From: Dendrobates tinctorius
Taxonomy: Eukaryota
Direction: 5' to 3'
Length of the DNA: 64,000 bases
Assembly (NCBI RefSeq): GCF_039654945.1
Contig: NW_027361715.1
Location: forward strand, 10,292,001-10,356,000
Within the stretch, counting starts at the first letter, position 1, and every line of letters begins with the position of its first letter. Below the pieces are notes generated by a model, which saw nothing but the letters and a program-made list of their open reading frames with translations, had not been told where the DNA came from and searched no databases. The position numbers were made by a program, and so were the translations under genes. This document shows positions 39,701-54,700 of this stretch, piece after piece.

Positions 39701-42700
39701 CTGGCATTAGTAGTACAATATAAGGCTGATGTCCTGTGCTCACTGCTGGATGGTGTCACCTCTGCATTACTGCTCTGAGCGGTGAGAGCGGGGCTGCGGC
39801 GGTGACTTCTTCCAGCTCGGTAGCCTGGCATTAGTAGTACAATATAAGGCTGATGACCTGTGCTCACTGCTGGATGGTGTCACCTCTGCATTACTGCTCT
39901 GAGCGGTGAGAGCGGGGCTGCGGTGGTGACTTCTTCCAGCTCGGTGGTCTGGCATTAGTAGTACAATATAAGGCTGATGACCTGTGCTCACTGCTGGATG
40001 GTGTCACCTCTGCATTACTGCTCTGAGCGGTGAGAGCGGGGCTGCGGTGGTGACTTCTTCTAGCTCGGTGGCCTGGCATTAGTAGTACAATATAAGGCTG
40101 ATGACCTGTGCTCACTGCTGGATGGTGTCACCTCTGCATTACTGCTCTGAGCGGTGAGAGCGGGGCTGCGGTGGTGACTTCTTCCAGCTCGGTGGTCTGG
40201 CATTAGTAGTACAATATAAGGCTGATGACCTGTGCTCACTGCTGGATGGTGTCACCTCTGCATTACTGCTCTGAGCGGTGAGAGCGGGGCTGCGGTGGTG
40301 ACTTCTTCTAGCTCGGTGGCCTGGCATTAGTAGTACAATATAAGGCTGATGACCTGTGCTCACTGCTGGATGGTGTCTCCTCTGCATTACTGCTCTGAGC
40401 GGTGAGAGCGGGGCTGCGGCGGTGACTTCTTCCAGCTCGGTGGCCTGGCATTAGTAGTACAATATAAGGCTGACGACCTGTGCTCACTGCTGGATGGTGT
40501 CACCTCTGCATTACTGCACTGAGCGGTGAGAGCGGGGCTGCGGTGGTGACTTCTTCCAGCTCGGTGGCCTGGCATTAGTAGTATAATATAAGGCTGACGA
40601 CCTGTGCTCACTGCTGGATGGTGTCTCCTCTGCATTACTGCTCTGAGCGGTGAGAGCGGGGCTGCGGTGGTGACTTCTTCCAGCTCGGTGGCCTGGCATT
40701 AGTAGTATAATATAAGGCTGACGACCTGTGCTCACTGCTGGATGGTGTCTCCTCTGCATTACTGCTCTGAGCGGTGAGAGCCGGGCTGCGGTGGTGACTT
40801 CTTCCAGCTCGGTGGCCTGGCATTAGTAGTACAATATAAGGCTGATGACCTGTGCTCACTGCTGGATGGTGTCACCTCTGCATTACTGCTCTGAGCGGTG
40901 AGAGCGGGGCTGCGGTGGTGACTTCTTCCAGCTCGGTGGCCTGGCATTAGTAGTACAATATAAGGCTGATGACCTGTGCTCACTGCTGGATGGTGTCACC
41001 TCTGCATTACTGCTCTGAGTGGTGAGAGCGGGGCTGCGGCGGTGACTTCTTCCAGCTCGGTGGCCTGGCATTAGTAGTACAATATAAGGCTGATGACCTG
41101 TGCTCACTGCTGGATGGTGTCACCTCTGCATTACTGCTCTGAGCGGTGAGAGCGGGGCTGCGGCGGTGACTTCTTCCAGCTCGGTGGCCTGGCATTAGTA
41201 GTACAATATAAGGCTGATGACCTGTGCTCACTGCTGGATGGTGTCACCTCTGCATTACTGCTCTGAGCGGTGAGAGCGGGGCTGCGGTGGTGACTTCTTC
41301 CAGCTCGGTGGCCTGGCATTAGTAGTACAATATAAGGCTGATGACCTGTGCTCACTGCTGGATGGTGTCACCTCTGCATTACTGCTCTGAGCGGTGAGAG
41401 CGGGGCTGCGGCGGTGACTTCTTCCAGCTCGGTGGCCTGGCATTAGTAGTACAATATAAGGCTGACGACCTGTGCTCACTGCTGGATGGTGTCACCTCTG
41501 CATTACTGCACTGAGCGGTGAGAGCGGGGCTGCGGTGGTGACTTCTTCCAGCTCGGTGGCCTGGCATTAGTAGTATAATATAAGGCTGACGACCTGTGCT
41601 CACTGCTGGATGGTGTCTCCTCTGCATTACTGCTCTGAGCGGTGAGAGCGGGGCTGCGGTGGTGACTTCTTCCAGCTCGGTGGCCTGGCATTAGTAGTAT
41701 AATATAAGGCTGACGACCTGTGCTCACTGCTGGATGGTGTCTCCTCTGCATTACTGCTCTGAGCGGTGAGAGCCGGGCTGCGGTGGTGACTTCTTCCAGC
41801 TCGGTGGCCTGGCATTAGTAGTACAATATAAGGCTGATGACCTGTGCTCACTGCTGGATGGTGTCACCTCTGCATTACTGCTCTGAGCGGTGAGAGCGGG
41901 GCTGCGGTGGTGACTTCTTCCAGCTCGGTGGCCTGGCATTAGTAGTACAATATAAGGCTGATGACCTGTGCTCACTGCTGGATGGTGTCACCTCTGCATT
42001 ACTGCTCTGAGTGGTGAGAGCGGGGCTGCGGCGGTGACTTCTTCCAGCTCGGTGGCCTGGCATTAGTAGTACAATATAAGGCTGATGACCTGTGCTCACT
42101 GCTGGATGGTGTCACCTCTGCATTACTGCTCTGAGCGGTGAGAGCGGGGCTGCGGTGGTGACTTCTTCCAGCTCGGTGGCCTGGCATTAGTAGTACAATA
42201 TAAGGCTGATGACCTGTGCTCACTGCTGGATGGTGTCACCTCTGCATTACTGCTCTGAGCGGTGAGAGCGGGGCTGCGGTGGTGACTTCTTCCAGCTCGG
42301 TGGCCTGGCATTAGTAGTACAATATAAGGCTGATGACCTGTGCTCACTGCTGGATGGTGTCACCTCTGCATTACTGCTCTGAGCGGTGAGAGCGGGGCTG
42401 CGGCGGTGACTTCTTCCAGCTCGGTGGCCTGGCATTAGTAGTACAATATAAGGCTGATGACCTGTGCTCACTGCTGGATGGTGTCTCCTCTGCATTACTG
42501 CTCTGAGCGGTGAGAGCGGGGCTGCGGTGTTGACTTCTTCCAGCTCGGTGGCCTGGCATTAGTAGTACAATATAAGGCTGATGACCTGTGCTCACTGCTG
42601 GATGGTGTCACCTCTGCATTACTGCTCTGAGCGGTGAGAGCGGGGCTGCGGTGGTGACTTCTTCCAGCTCGGTGGCCTGGCATTAGTAGTACAATATAAG

Positions 42701-45700
42701 GCTGATGACCTGTGCTCACTGCTGGATGGTGTCACCTCTGCATTACTGCTCTGAGCGGTGAGAGCGGGGCTGCGGTGGTGACTTCTTCCAGCTCGGTGGC
42801 CTGGCATTAGTAGTACAATATAAGGCTGATGACCTGTGCTCACTGCTGGATGGTGTCTCCTCTGCATTACTGCTCTGAGCGGTGAGAGCCGGGCTGCGGT
42901 GGTGACTTCTTCCAGCTCGGTGGCCTGGCATTAGTAGTACAATATAAGGCTGATGACCTGTGCTCACTGCTGGATGGTGTCTCCTCTGCATTACTGCTCT
43001 GAGCGGTGAGAGCGGGGCTGCGGCGGTGACTTCTTCCAGCTCGGTGGCCTGGCATTAGTAGTACAATATAAGGCTGATGACCTGTGCTCACTGCTGGATG
43101 GTGTCACCTCTGCATTACTGCTCTGAGCGGTGAGAGCGGGGCTGCGGTGGTGACTTCTTCCAGCTCGGTGGCCTGGCATTAGTAGTACAATATAAGGCTG
43201 ATGACCTGTGCTCACTGCTGGATGGTGTCATCTCTGCATTACTGCTCTGAGCGGTGAGAGCGGGGCTGCGGTGGTGACTTCTTCCAGCTCGGTGGCCTGG
43301 CATTAGTAGTACAATATAAGGCTGATGACCTGTGCTCACTGCTGGATGGTGTCACCTCTGCATTACTGCTCTGAGCGGTGAGAGCGGGGCTGCGGTGGTG
43401 ACTTCTTCCAGCTCGGTAGTCTGGCATTAGTAGTATAATATAAGGCTGATGACCTGTGCTCACTGCTGGATGGTGTCTCCTCTGCATTACTGCTCTGAGC
43501 GGTGAGAGCGGGGCTGCGGTGGTGACTTCTTCCAGCTCGGTGGCCTGGCATTAGTAGTACAATATAAGGCTGATGACCTGTGCTCACTGCTGGATGGTGT
43601 CTCCTCTGCATTACTGCTCTGAGCGGTGAGAGCGGGGCTGCGGTGGTGACTTCTTCCAGCTCGGTGGCCTGGCATTAGTAGTACAATATAAGGCTGATGA
43701 CCTGTGCTCACTGCTGGATGGTGTCTCCTCTCCATTACTGCTCTGAGCGGTGAGAGCGGGGCTGCGGTGGTGACATCTTCCAGCTCGGTGGCCTGGCATT
43801 AGTAGTATAATATAAGGCTGATGACCTGTGCTCACTGCTGGATGGTGTCACCTCTGCATTACTGCTCTGAGCGGTGAGAGCGGGGCTGCAGTGGTGACTT
43901 CTTCCAGCTCGGTGGCCTGGCATTAGTAGTACAATATAAGGCTGATGACCTGTGCTCACTGCTGGATGGTGTCTCCTCTGCATTACTGCTCTGAGCGGTG
44001 AGAGCGGGGCTGCGGTGGTGACTTCTTCCAGCTCGGTGGCCTGGCATTAGTAGTACAATATAAGGCTGATGACCTGTGCTCACTGCTGGATGGTGTCACC
44101 TCTGCATTACTGCTCTGAGCGGTGAGAGCGGGGCTGCGGCGGTGACTTCTTCCAGCTCGGTGGCCTGGCATTAGTAGTACAATATAAGGCTGATGACCTG
44201 TGCTCACTGCTGGATGGTGTCTCCTCTGCATTACTGCTCTGAGCGGTGAGAGCGGGGCTGCGGTGGTGACTTCTTCCAGCTCGGTGGCCTGGCATTAGTA
44301 GTACAATATAAGGCTGATGACCTGTGCTCACTGCTGGATGGTGTCACCTCTGCATTACTGCTCTGAGCGGTGAGAGCGGGGCTGCGGTGGTGACTTCTTC
44401 CAGCTCGGTGGCCTGGCATTAGTAGTACAATATAAGGCTGATGACCTGTGCTCACTGCTGGATGGTGTCTCCTCTGCATTACTGCTCTGAGCAGTGAGAG
44501 CGGGGCTGCGGCGGTGACTTCTTCCAGCTCGGTGGCCTGGCATTAGTAGTACAATATAAGGCTGATGACCTGTGCTCACTGCTGGATGGTGTCACCTCTG
44601 CATTACTGCTCTGAGCGGTGAGAGCGGGGCTGCGGTGGTGACATCTTCCAGCTCGGTGGCCTGGCATTAGTAGTACAATATAAGGCTGATGACCTGTGCT
44701 CACTGCTGGATGGTGTCACCTCTGCATTACTGCTCTGAGTGGTGAGAGCGGGGCTGCGGTGGTGACTTCTTCCAGCTCGGTGGCCTGGCATTAGTAGTAC
44801 AATATAAGGCTGATGACCTGTGCTCACTGCTGGATGGTGTCTCCTCTGCATTACTGCTCTGAGCGGTGAGAGCGGGGCTGCGGTGGTGACTTCTTCCAGC
44901 TCGGTGGCCTGGCATTAGTAGTACAATATAAGGCTGATTACCTGTGCTCACTGCTGGATGGTGTCACCTCTGCATTACTGCTCTGAGCGGTGAGAGCGGG
45001 GCTGCGGTGGTGACTTCTTCCAGCTCGGTGGCCTGGCATTAGTAGTACAATATAAGGCTGATGACCTGTGCTCACTGCTGGATGGTGTCTCCTCTGCATT
45101 ACTGCTCTGAGCGGTGAGAGCGGGGCTGCGGTGGTGACTTCTTCCAGCTCGGTGGCCTGGCATTAGTAGTACAATATAAGGCTGATGACCTGTGCTGGAT
45201 GGTGTCTCCTCTGCATTACTGCTCTGAGCGGTGAGAGCGGGGCTGCGGTGGTGACTTCTTCCAGCTCGGTGGCCTGGCATTAGTAGTACAATATAAGGCT
45301 GATAACCTGTGCTCACTGCTGGATGGTGTCTCCTCTGCATTACTGCTCTGAGCGGTGAGAGCGGGGCTGCGGTGGTGACTTCTTCCAGCTCGGTGGCCTG
45401 GCATTAGTAGTACAATATAAGGCTGATGACCTGTGCTCACTGCTGGATGGTGTCACCTCTGCATTACTGCTCTGAGCGGTGAGAGCGGGGCTGCGGCGGT
45501 GACTTCTTCCAGCTCGGTAGCCTGGCATTAGTAGTACAATATAAGGCTGACGACCTGTGCTCACTGCTGGATGGTGTCACCTCTGCATTACTGCTCTGAG
45601 TGGTGAGAGCGGGGCTGCGGCGGTGACTTCTTCCAGCTCGGTGGCCTGGCATTAGTAGTACAATATAAGGCTGATGACCTGTGCTCACTGCTGGATGGTG

Positions 45701-48700
45701 TCACCTCTGCATTACTGCTCTGAGTGGTGAGAGCCGGGCTGCGGTGGTGACTTCTTCCAGCTCGGTAGCCTGGCATTAGTAGTATAATATAAGGCTGATG
45801 ACCTGTGCTCACTGCTGGATGGTGTCACCTCTGCATTACTGCTCTGAGCGGTGAGAGCGGGGCTGCGGTGGTGACTTCTTCCAGCTCGGTGTCCTGGCAT
45901 TAGTAGTACAATATAAGGCTGATGACCTGTGCTCACTGCTGGATGGTGTCACCTCTGCATTACTGCTCTGAGCGGTGAGAGCGGGGCTGCGGTGGTGACT
46001 TCTTCCAGCTCGGTGGCCTGGCATTAGTAGTACAATATAAGGCTGATGACCTGTGCTCACTGCTGGATGGTGTCACCTCTGCATTACTGCTCTGAGCGGT
46101 GAGAGCGGGGCTGCGGTGGTGACTTCTTCCAGCTCGGTGGCCTGGCATTAGTAGTACAATATAAGGCTGATGTCCTGTGCTCACTGCTGGATGGTGTCTC
46201 CTCTGCATTACTGCTCTGAGCGGTGAGAGCGGGGCTGCGGTGGTGACTTCTTCCAGCTCGGTAGTCTGGCATTAGTAGTATAATATAAGGCTGATGACCT
46301 GTGCTCACTGCTGGATGGTGTCTCCTCTGCATTACTGCTCTGAGCGGTGAGAGCGGGGCTGCGGTGGTGACTTCTTCCAGCTCGGTGGCCTGGCATTAGT
46401 AGTACAATATAAGGCTGATGACCTGTGCTCACTGCTGGATGGTGTCTCCTCTGCATTACTGCTCTGAGCGGTGAGAGCGGGGCTGCGGTGGTGACTTCTT
46501 CCAGCTCGGTGGCCTGGCATTAGTAGTACAATATAAGGCTGATGACCTGTGCTCACTGCTGGATGGTGTCTCCTCTGCATTACTGCTCTGAGCGGTGAGA
46601 GCGGGGCTGCGGTGGTGACTTCTTCCAGCTCGGTGGCCTGGCATTAGTAGTACAATATAAGGCTGATGACCTATGCTCACTGCTGGATGGTGTCTCCTCT
46701 CCATTACTGCTCTGAGCGGTGAGAGCGGGGCTGCAGTGGTGACTTCTTCCAGCTCGGTGGCCTGGCATTAGTAGTACAATATAAGGCTGATGACCTGTGC
46801 TCACTGCTGGATGGTGTCACCTCTGCATTACTGCTCTGTGCGGTGAGAGCGGGGCTGCGGTGGTGACTTCTTCCAGCTCGGTGGCCTGGCATTAGTAGTA
46901 CAATATAAGGCTGATGACCTGTGCTCACTGCTGGATGGTGTCACCTCTGCATTACTGCTCTGAGCGGTGAGAGCGGGGCTGCGGTGGTGACTTCTTCCAG
47001 CTCGGTGGCCTGGCATTAGTAGTACAATATAAGGCTGATGACCTGTGCTCACTGCTGGATGGTGTCACCTCTGCATTACTGCTCTGAGCGGTGAGAGCGG
47101 GGCTGCGGCGGTGACTTCTTCCAGCTCGGTGGCCTGGCATTAGTAGTACAATATAAGGCTGATGACCTGTGCTCACTGCTGGATGGTGTCTCCTCTGCAT
47201 TACTGCTCTGAGCGGTGAGAGCGGGGCTGCGGTGGTGACTTCTTCCAGCTCGGTGGCCTGGCATTAGTAGTACAATATAAGGCTGATGACCTGTGCTCAC
47301 TGCTGGATGGTGTCACCTCTGCATTACTGCTCTGAGCGGTGAGAGCGGGGCTGCGGTGGTGACTTCTTCCAGCTCGGTGGCCTGGCATTAGTAGTACAAT
47401 ATAAGGCTGATGACCTGTGCTCACTGCTGGATGGTGTCTCCTCTGCATTACTGCTCTGAGCAGTGAGAGCGGGGCTGCGGCGGTGACTTCTTCCAGCTCG
47501 GTGGCCTGGCATTAGTAGTACAATATAAGGCTGATGACCTGTGCTCACTGCTGGATGGTGTCACCTCTGCATTACTGCTCTGAGCGGTGAGAGCGGGGCT
47601 GCGGTGGTGACTTCTTCCAGCTCGGTGGCCTGGCATTAGTAGTATAATATAAGGCTGATGACCTGTGCTCACTGCTGGATGGTGTCTCCTCTGCATTACT
47701 GCTCTGAGCGGTGAGAGCGGGGCTGCGGTGGTGACTTCTTCCAGCTCGGTGGCCTGGCATTAGTAGTACAATATAAGGCTGATGACCTGTGCTCACTGCT
47801 GGATGGTGTCACCTCTGCATTACTGCTCTGAGCGGTGAGAGCGGGGCTGCGGTGGTGACTTCTTCCAGCTCGGTGGCCTGGCATTAGTAGTACAATATAA
47901 GGCTGATGACCTGTGCTCACTGCTGGATGGTGTCTCCTCTGCATTACTGCTCTGAGCGGTGAGAGCGGGGCTGCGGTGGTGACTTCTTCCAGCTCGGTGG
48001 CCTGGCATTAGTAGTACAATATAAGGCTGATGACCTGTGCTGGATGGTGTCTCCTCTGCATTACTGCTCTGAGCGGTGAGAGCGGGGCTGCGGTGGTGAC
48101 TTCTTCCAGCTCGGTGGCCTGGCATTAGTAGTACAATATAAGGCTGATGACCTGTGCTCACTGCTGGATGGTGTCTCCTCTGCATTACTGCTCTGAGCGG
48201 TGAGAGCGGGGCTGCGGTGGTGACTTCTTCCAGCTCGGTGGCCTGGCATTAGTAGTACAATATAAGGCTGATGACCTGTGCTCACTGCTGGATGGTGTCA
48301 CCTCTGCATTACTGCTCTGAGCGGTGAGAGCGGGGCTGCGGTGGTGACTTCTTCCAGCTCGGTGGCCTGGCATTAGTAGTACAATATAAGGCTGATGACC
48401 TGTGCTCACTGCTGGATGGTGTCACCTCTGCATTACTGCTCTGAGCGGTGAGAGCCGGGCTGCGGTGGTGACTTCTTCCAGCTCGGTGGCCTGGCATTAG
48501 TAGTACAATATAAGGCTGATGACCTGTGCTCACTGCTGGATGGTGTCACCTCTGCATTACTGCTCTGAGCGGTGAGAGCGGGGCTGCGGTGGTGACTTCT
48601 TCCAGCTCGGTAGCCTGGCATTAGTAGTACAATATAAGGCTGATGACCTGTGCTCACTGCTGGATGGTGTCACCTCTGCATTACTGCTCTGAGCGGTGAG

Positions 48701-51700
48701 AGCCGGGCTGCGGTGGTGACTTCTTCCAGCTCGGTGGCCTGGCATTAGTAGTACAATATAAGGCTGATGACCTGTGCTCACTGCTGGATGGTGTCACCTC
48801 TGCATTACTGCTCTGAGCGGTGAGAGCCGGGCTGCGGTGGTGACTTCTTCCAGCTCGGTAGCCTGGCATTAGTAGTACAATATAAGGCTGATGACCTGTG
48901 CTCACTGCTGGATGGTGTCACCTCTGCATTACTGCTCTGAGCGGTGAGAGCGGGGCTGCGGTGGTGACTTCTTCCAGCTCGGTAGCCTGGCATTAGTAGT
49001 ACAATATAAGGCTGATGACCTGTGCTCACTGCTGGATGGTGTCACCTCTGCATTACTGCTCTGAGCGGTGAGAGCGGGGCTGCGGTGGTGACATCTTCCA
49101 GCTCGGTGGCCTGGCATTAGTAGTACAATATAAGGCTGATGACCTGTGCTCACTACTGGATGGTGTCACCTCTGCATTACTGCTCTGAGCGGTGAGAGCG
49201 GGGCTGCGGTGGTGACTTCTTCCAGCTCGGTGGCCTGGCATTAGTAGTACAATATAAGGCTGATGACCTGTGCTCACTGCTGGATGGTGTCACCTCTGCA
49301 TTACTGCTCTGAGCGGTGAGAGCGGGGCTGCGGTGGTGACTTCTTCCAGCTCGGTGGCCTGGCATTAGTAGTACAATATAAGGCTGACGACCTGTGCTCA
49401 CTGCTGGATGGTGTCACCTCTGCATTACTGCTCTGAGCGGTGAGAGCCGGGCTGCGGTGGTGACTTCTTCCAGCTCGGTAGCCTGGCATTAGTAGTACAA
49501 TATAAGGCTGATGACCTGTGCTCACTGCTGGATGGTGTCACCTCTGCATTACTGCTCTGAGCGGTGAGAGCGGGGCTGCGGTGGTGACTTCTTCCAGCTC
49601 GGTAGCCTGGCATTAGTAGTACAATATAAGGCTGATGACCTGTGCTCACTGCTGGATGGTGTCACCTCTGCATTACTGCTCTGAGCGGTGAGAGCGGGGC
49701 TGCGGTGGTGACATCTTCCAGCTCGGTGGCCTGGCATTAGTAGTACAATATAAGGCTGATGACCTGTGCTCACTACTGGATGGTGTCACCTCTGCATTAC
49801 TGCTCTGAGCGGTGAGAGCGGGGCTGCGGTGGTGACTTCTTCCAGCTCGGTGGCCTGGCATTAGTAGTACAATATAAGGCTGATGACCTGTGCTCACTGC
49901 TGGATGGTGTCACCTCTGCATTACTGCTCTGAGCGGTGAGAGCGGGGCTGCGGTGGTGACTTCTTCCAGCTCGGTGGCCTGGCATTAGTAGTATAATATA
50001 AGGCTGATGACCTGTGCTCACTGCTGGATGGTGTCTCCTCTGCATTACTGCTCTGAGTGGTGAGAGCGGGGCTGCGGTGGTGACATCTTCCAGCTCGGTG
50101 GCCTGGCATTAGTAGTACAATATAAGGCTGATGACCTGTGCTCACTGCTGGATGGTGTCTCCTCTGCATTACTGCTCTGAGCGGTGAGAGCGGGGCTGCG
50201 GTGGTGACTTCTTCCAGCTCGGTGGCCTGGCATTAGTAGTATAATATAAGGCTGATGACCTGTGCTCACTGCTGGATGGTGTCACCTCTGCATTACTGCT
50301 CTGAGCGGTGAGAGCGGGGCTGCGGTGGTGACATCTTCCAGCTCGGTGGCCTGGCATTAGTAGTACAATATAAGGCTGATGACCTGTGCTCACTGCTGGA
50401 TGGTGTCTCCTCTGCATTACTGCTATGAGCGGTGAGAGCGGGGCTGCGGTGGTGACTTCTTCCAGCTCGGTGGCCTGGCATTAGTAGTACAATATAAGGC
50501 TGATGACCTGTGCTCACTGCTGGATGGTGTCTCCTCTGCATTACTGCTATGAGCGGTGAGAGCGGGGCTGCGGTGGTGACATCTTCCAGCTCGGTGGCCT
50601 GGCATTAGTAGTATAATATAAGGCTGATGACCTGTGATCACTGCTGGATGGTGTCTCCTCTGCATTACTGCTATGAGCGGTGAGAGCGGGGCTGCGGTGG
50701 TGACTTCTTCCAGCTCGGTGGCCTGGCATTAGTAGTACAATATAAGGCTGATGACCTGTGCTCACTGCTGGATGGTGTCACCTCTGCATTACTGCTCTGA
50801 GTGGTGAGAGCGGGGCTGCGGTGGTGACTTCTTCCAGCTCGGTAGCCTGACATTAGTAGTATAATATAAGGCTGATGACCTGTGATCACTGCTGGATGGT
50901 GTCTCCTCTGCATTACTGCTATGAGCGGTGAGAGCGGGGCTGCGGTGGTGACTTCTTCCAGCTCGGTGGCCTGGCATTAGTAGTACAATATAAGGCTGAT
51001 GACCTGTGCTCACTGCTGGATGGTGTCACCTCTGCATTACTGCTCTGAGTGGTGAGAGCGGGGCTGCGGTGGTGACTTCTTCCAGCTCGGTAGCCTGACA
51101 TTAGTAGTATAATATAAGGCTGATGACCTGTGATCACTGCTGGATGGTGTCTCCTCTGCATTACTGCTATGAGCGGTGAGAGCGGGGCTGCGGTGGTGAC
51201 ATCTTCCAGCTCGGTGGCCTGGCATTAGTAGTATAATATAAGGCTGATGACCTGTGATCACTGCTGGATGGTGTCTCCTCTGCATTACTGCTATGAGCGG
51301 TGAGAGCGGGGCTGCGGTGGTGACTTCTTCCAGCTCGGTGGCCTGGCATTAGTAGTACAATATAAGGCTGATGACCTGTGCTCACTGCTGGATGGTGTCT
51401 CCTCTGCATTACTGCTCTGAGTGGTGAGAGCGGGGCTGCGGTGGTGACTTCTTCCAGCTCGGTAGCCTGACATTAGTAGTACAATATAAGGCTGATGACC
51501 TGTGCTCACTGCTGGATGGTGTCACCTCTGCATTACTGCACTGAGCGGTGAGAGCGGGGCTGCGGTGGTGACTTCTTCCAGCTCGGTGGCCTGGCATTAG
51601 TAGTACAATATAAGGCTGATGACCTGTGCTCACTGCTGGATGGTGTCTCCTCTGCATTACTGCTCTGAGCGGTGAGAGCGGGGCTGCGGTGGTGACTTCT

Positions 51701-54700
51701 TCCAGCTCGGTGGCCTGGCATTAGTAGTACAATATAAGGCTGATGACCTGTGCTCACTGCTGGATGGTGTCACCTCTGCATTACTGCTCTGAGCGGTGAG
51801 AGCGGGGCTGCGGTGGTGACTTTCTCCAGCTCGGTGGCCTGGCATTAGTAGTATAATATAAGGCTGATGACCTGTGCTCACTGCTGGATGGTGTCACCTC
51901 TGCATTACTGCTCTGAGTGGTGAGAGCGGGGCTGCGGTGGTGACATCTTCCAGCTCGGTGGCCTGGCATTAGTAGTATAATATAAGGCTGATGACCTGTG
52001 CTCACTGCTGGATGGTGTCACCTCTGCATTACTGCTCTGAGCGGTGAGAGCGGGGCTGCGGTGGTGACTTCTTCCAGCTCGGTGGCCTGGCATTAGTAGT
52101 ATAATATAAGGCTGATGACCTGTGCTCACTGCTGGATGGTGTCACCTCTGCATTACTGCTCTGAGCGGTGAGAGCGGGGCTGCGGTGGTGACATCTTCCA
52201 GCTCGGTGGCCTTGCATTAGTAGTACAATATAAGGCTGATGACCTGTGCTCACTGCTGGATGGTGTCACCTCTGCATTACTGCTCTGAGCGGTGAGAGCG
52301 GGGCTGCGGTGGTGACTTCTTCCAGCTCGGTGGCCTGGCATTAGTAGTATAATATAAGGCTGATGACCTGTGCTCACTGCTGGATGGTGTCACCTCTGCA
52401 TTACTGCTCTGAGTGGTGAGAGCGGGGCTGCGGTGGTGACATCTTCCAGCTCGGTGGCCTGGCATTAGTAGTACAATATAAGGCTGATGACCTGTGCTCA
52501 CTGCTGGATGGTGTCTCCTCTGCATTACTGCTCTGAGCGGTGAGAGCGGGGCTGCGGTGGTGACTTCTTCCAGCTCGGTAGCCTGACATTAGTAGTACAA
52601 TATAAGGCTGATGACCTGTGCTCACTGCTGGATGGTGTCACCTCTGCATTACTGCTCTGAGCGGTGAGAGCGGGGCTGCGGTGTTGACATCTTCCAGCTC
52701 GGTGGCCTGGCATTAGTAGTACAATATAAGGCTGATGACCTGTGCTCACTGCTGGATGGTGTCACCTCTGCATTACTGCTCTGAGTGGTGAGAGCGGGGC
52801 TGCGGTGGTGACATCTTCCAGCTCGGTGGCCTGGCATTAGTAGTATAATATAAGGCTGATGACCTGTGCTCACTGCTGGATGGTGTCACCTCTGCATTAC
52901 TGCTCTGAGCGGTGAGAGCGGGGCTGCGGTGGTGACTTCTTCCAGCTCGGTGGCCTGGCATTAGTAGTATAATATAAGGCTGATGACCTGTGCTCACTGC
53001 TGGATGGTGTCACCTCTGCATTACTGCTCTGAGCGGTGAGAGCGGGGCTGCGGTGGTGACATCTTCCAGCTCGGTGGCCTGGCATTAGTAGTACAATATA
53101 AGGCTGATGACCTGTGCTCACTGCTGGATGGTGTCACCTCTGCATTACTGCTCTGAGCGGTGAGAGCGGGGCTGCGGTGGTGACATCTTCCAGCTCGGTG
53201 GCCTGGCATTAGTAGTACAATATAAGGCTGATGACCTGTGCTCACTGCTGGATGGTGTCTCCTCTGCATTACTGCTCTGAGCGGTGAGAGCGGGGCTGCG
53301 GTGGTGACTTCTTCCAGCTCGGTAGCCTGACATTAGTAGTACAATATAAGGCTGATGACCTGTGCTCACTGCTGGATGGTGTCATCTCTGCATTACTGCT
53401 CTGAGCGGTGAGAGCGGGGCTGCGGTGGTGACATCTTCCAGCTCGGTGGCCTGGCATTAGTAGTACAATATAAGGCTGATGACCTGTGCTCACTGCTGGA
53501 TGGTGTCACCTCTGCATTACTGCTCTGAGCGGTGAGAGCGGGGCTGTGGCAGTGACTTCTTCCAGCTCGGTAGCCTGGCATTAGTAGTACAATATAAGGC
53601 TGATGACCTGTGCTCACTGCTGGATGGTGTCTCCTCTGCATTACTGCTCTGAGCGTTGAGAGCGGGGCTGCGGTGGTGACTTCTTCCTGCTCGGTGGCCT
53701 GGCATTAGTAGTACAATATAAGGCTGATGACCTGTGCTCACTGCTGGATGGTGTCACCTCTGCATTACTGCACTGAGCGGTGAGAGCGGGGCTGCGGTGG
53801 TGACTTCTTCCAGCTCGGTGGCCTGGCATTAGTAGTACAATATAAGGCTGATGACCTGTGCTCACTGCTGGATGGTGTCTCCTCTGCATTACTGCTCTGA
53901 GCGGTGAGAGCGGGGCTGCGGTGGTGACTTCTTCCAGCTCGGTAGCCTGACATTAGTAGTACAATATAAGGCTGATGACCTGTGCTCACTGCTGGATGGT
54001 GTCATCTCTGCATTACTGCTCTGAGCGGTGAGAGCGGGGCTGCGGTGGTGACATCTTCCAGCTCGGTGGCCTGGCATTAGTAGTACAATATAAGGCTGAT
54101 GACCTGTGCTCACTGCTGGATGGTGTCACCTCTGCATTACTGCTCTGAGCGGTGAGAGCGGGGCTGTGGCAGTGACTTCTTCCAGCTCGGTAGCCTGGCA
54201 TTAGTAGTACAATATAAGGCTGATGACCTGTGCTCACTGCTGGATGGTGTCTCCTCTGCATTACTGCTCTGAGCGTTGAGAGCGGGGCTGCGGTGGTGAC
54301 TTCTTCCTGCTCGGTGGCCTGGCATTAGTAGTACAATATAAGGCTGATGACCTGTGCTCACTGCTGGATGGTGTCTCCTCTGCATTACTGCTGTGAGCGG
54401 TGAGAGCGGGGCTGCGGCGGTGACTTCTTCCAGCTCGGTGGCCTGGCATTAGTAGTACAATATAAGGCTGATGACCTGTGCTCACTGCTGGATGGTGTCA
54501 CCTCTGCATTACTGCTCTGAGCGGTGAGAGCGGGGCTGCCGTGGTGACTTCTTCCAGCTCGGTGGCCTGGCATTAGTAGTACAATATAAGGCTGATGACC
54601 TGTGCTCACTGCTGGATGGTGTCACCTCTGCATTACTGCTCTGAGCGGTGAGAGCGGGGCTGCGGTGGTGACTTCTTCCAGCTCGGTGGCCTTGCATTAG

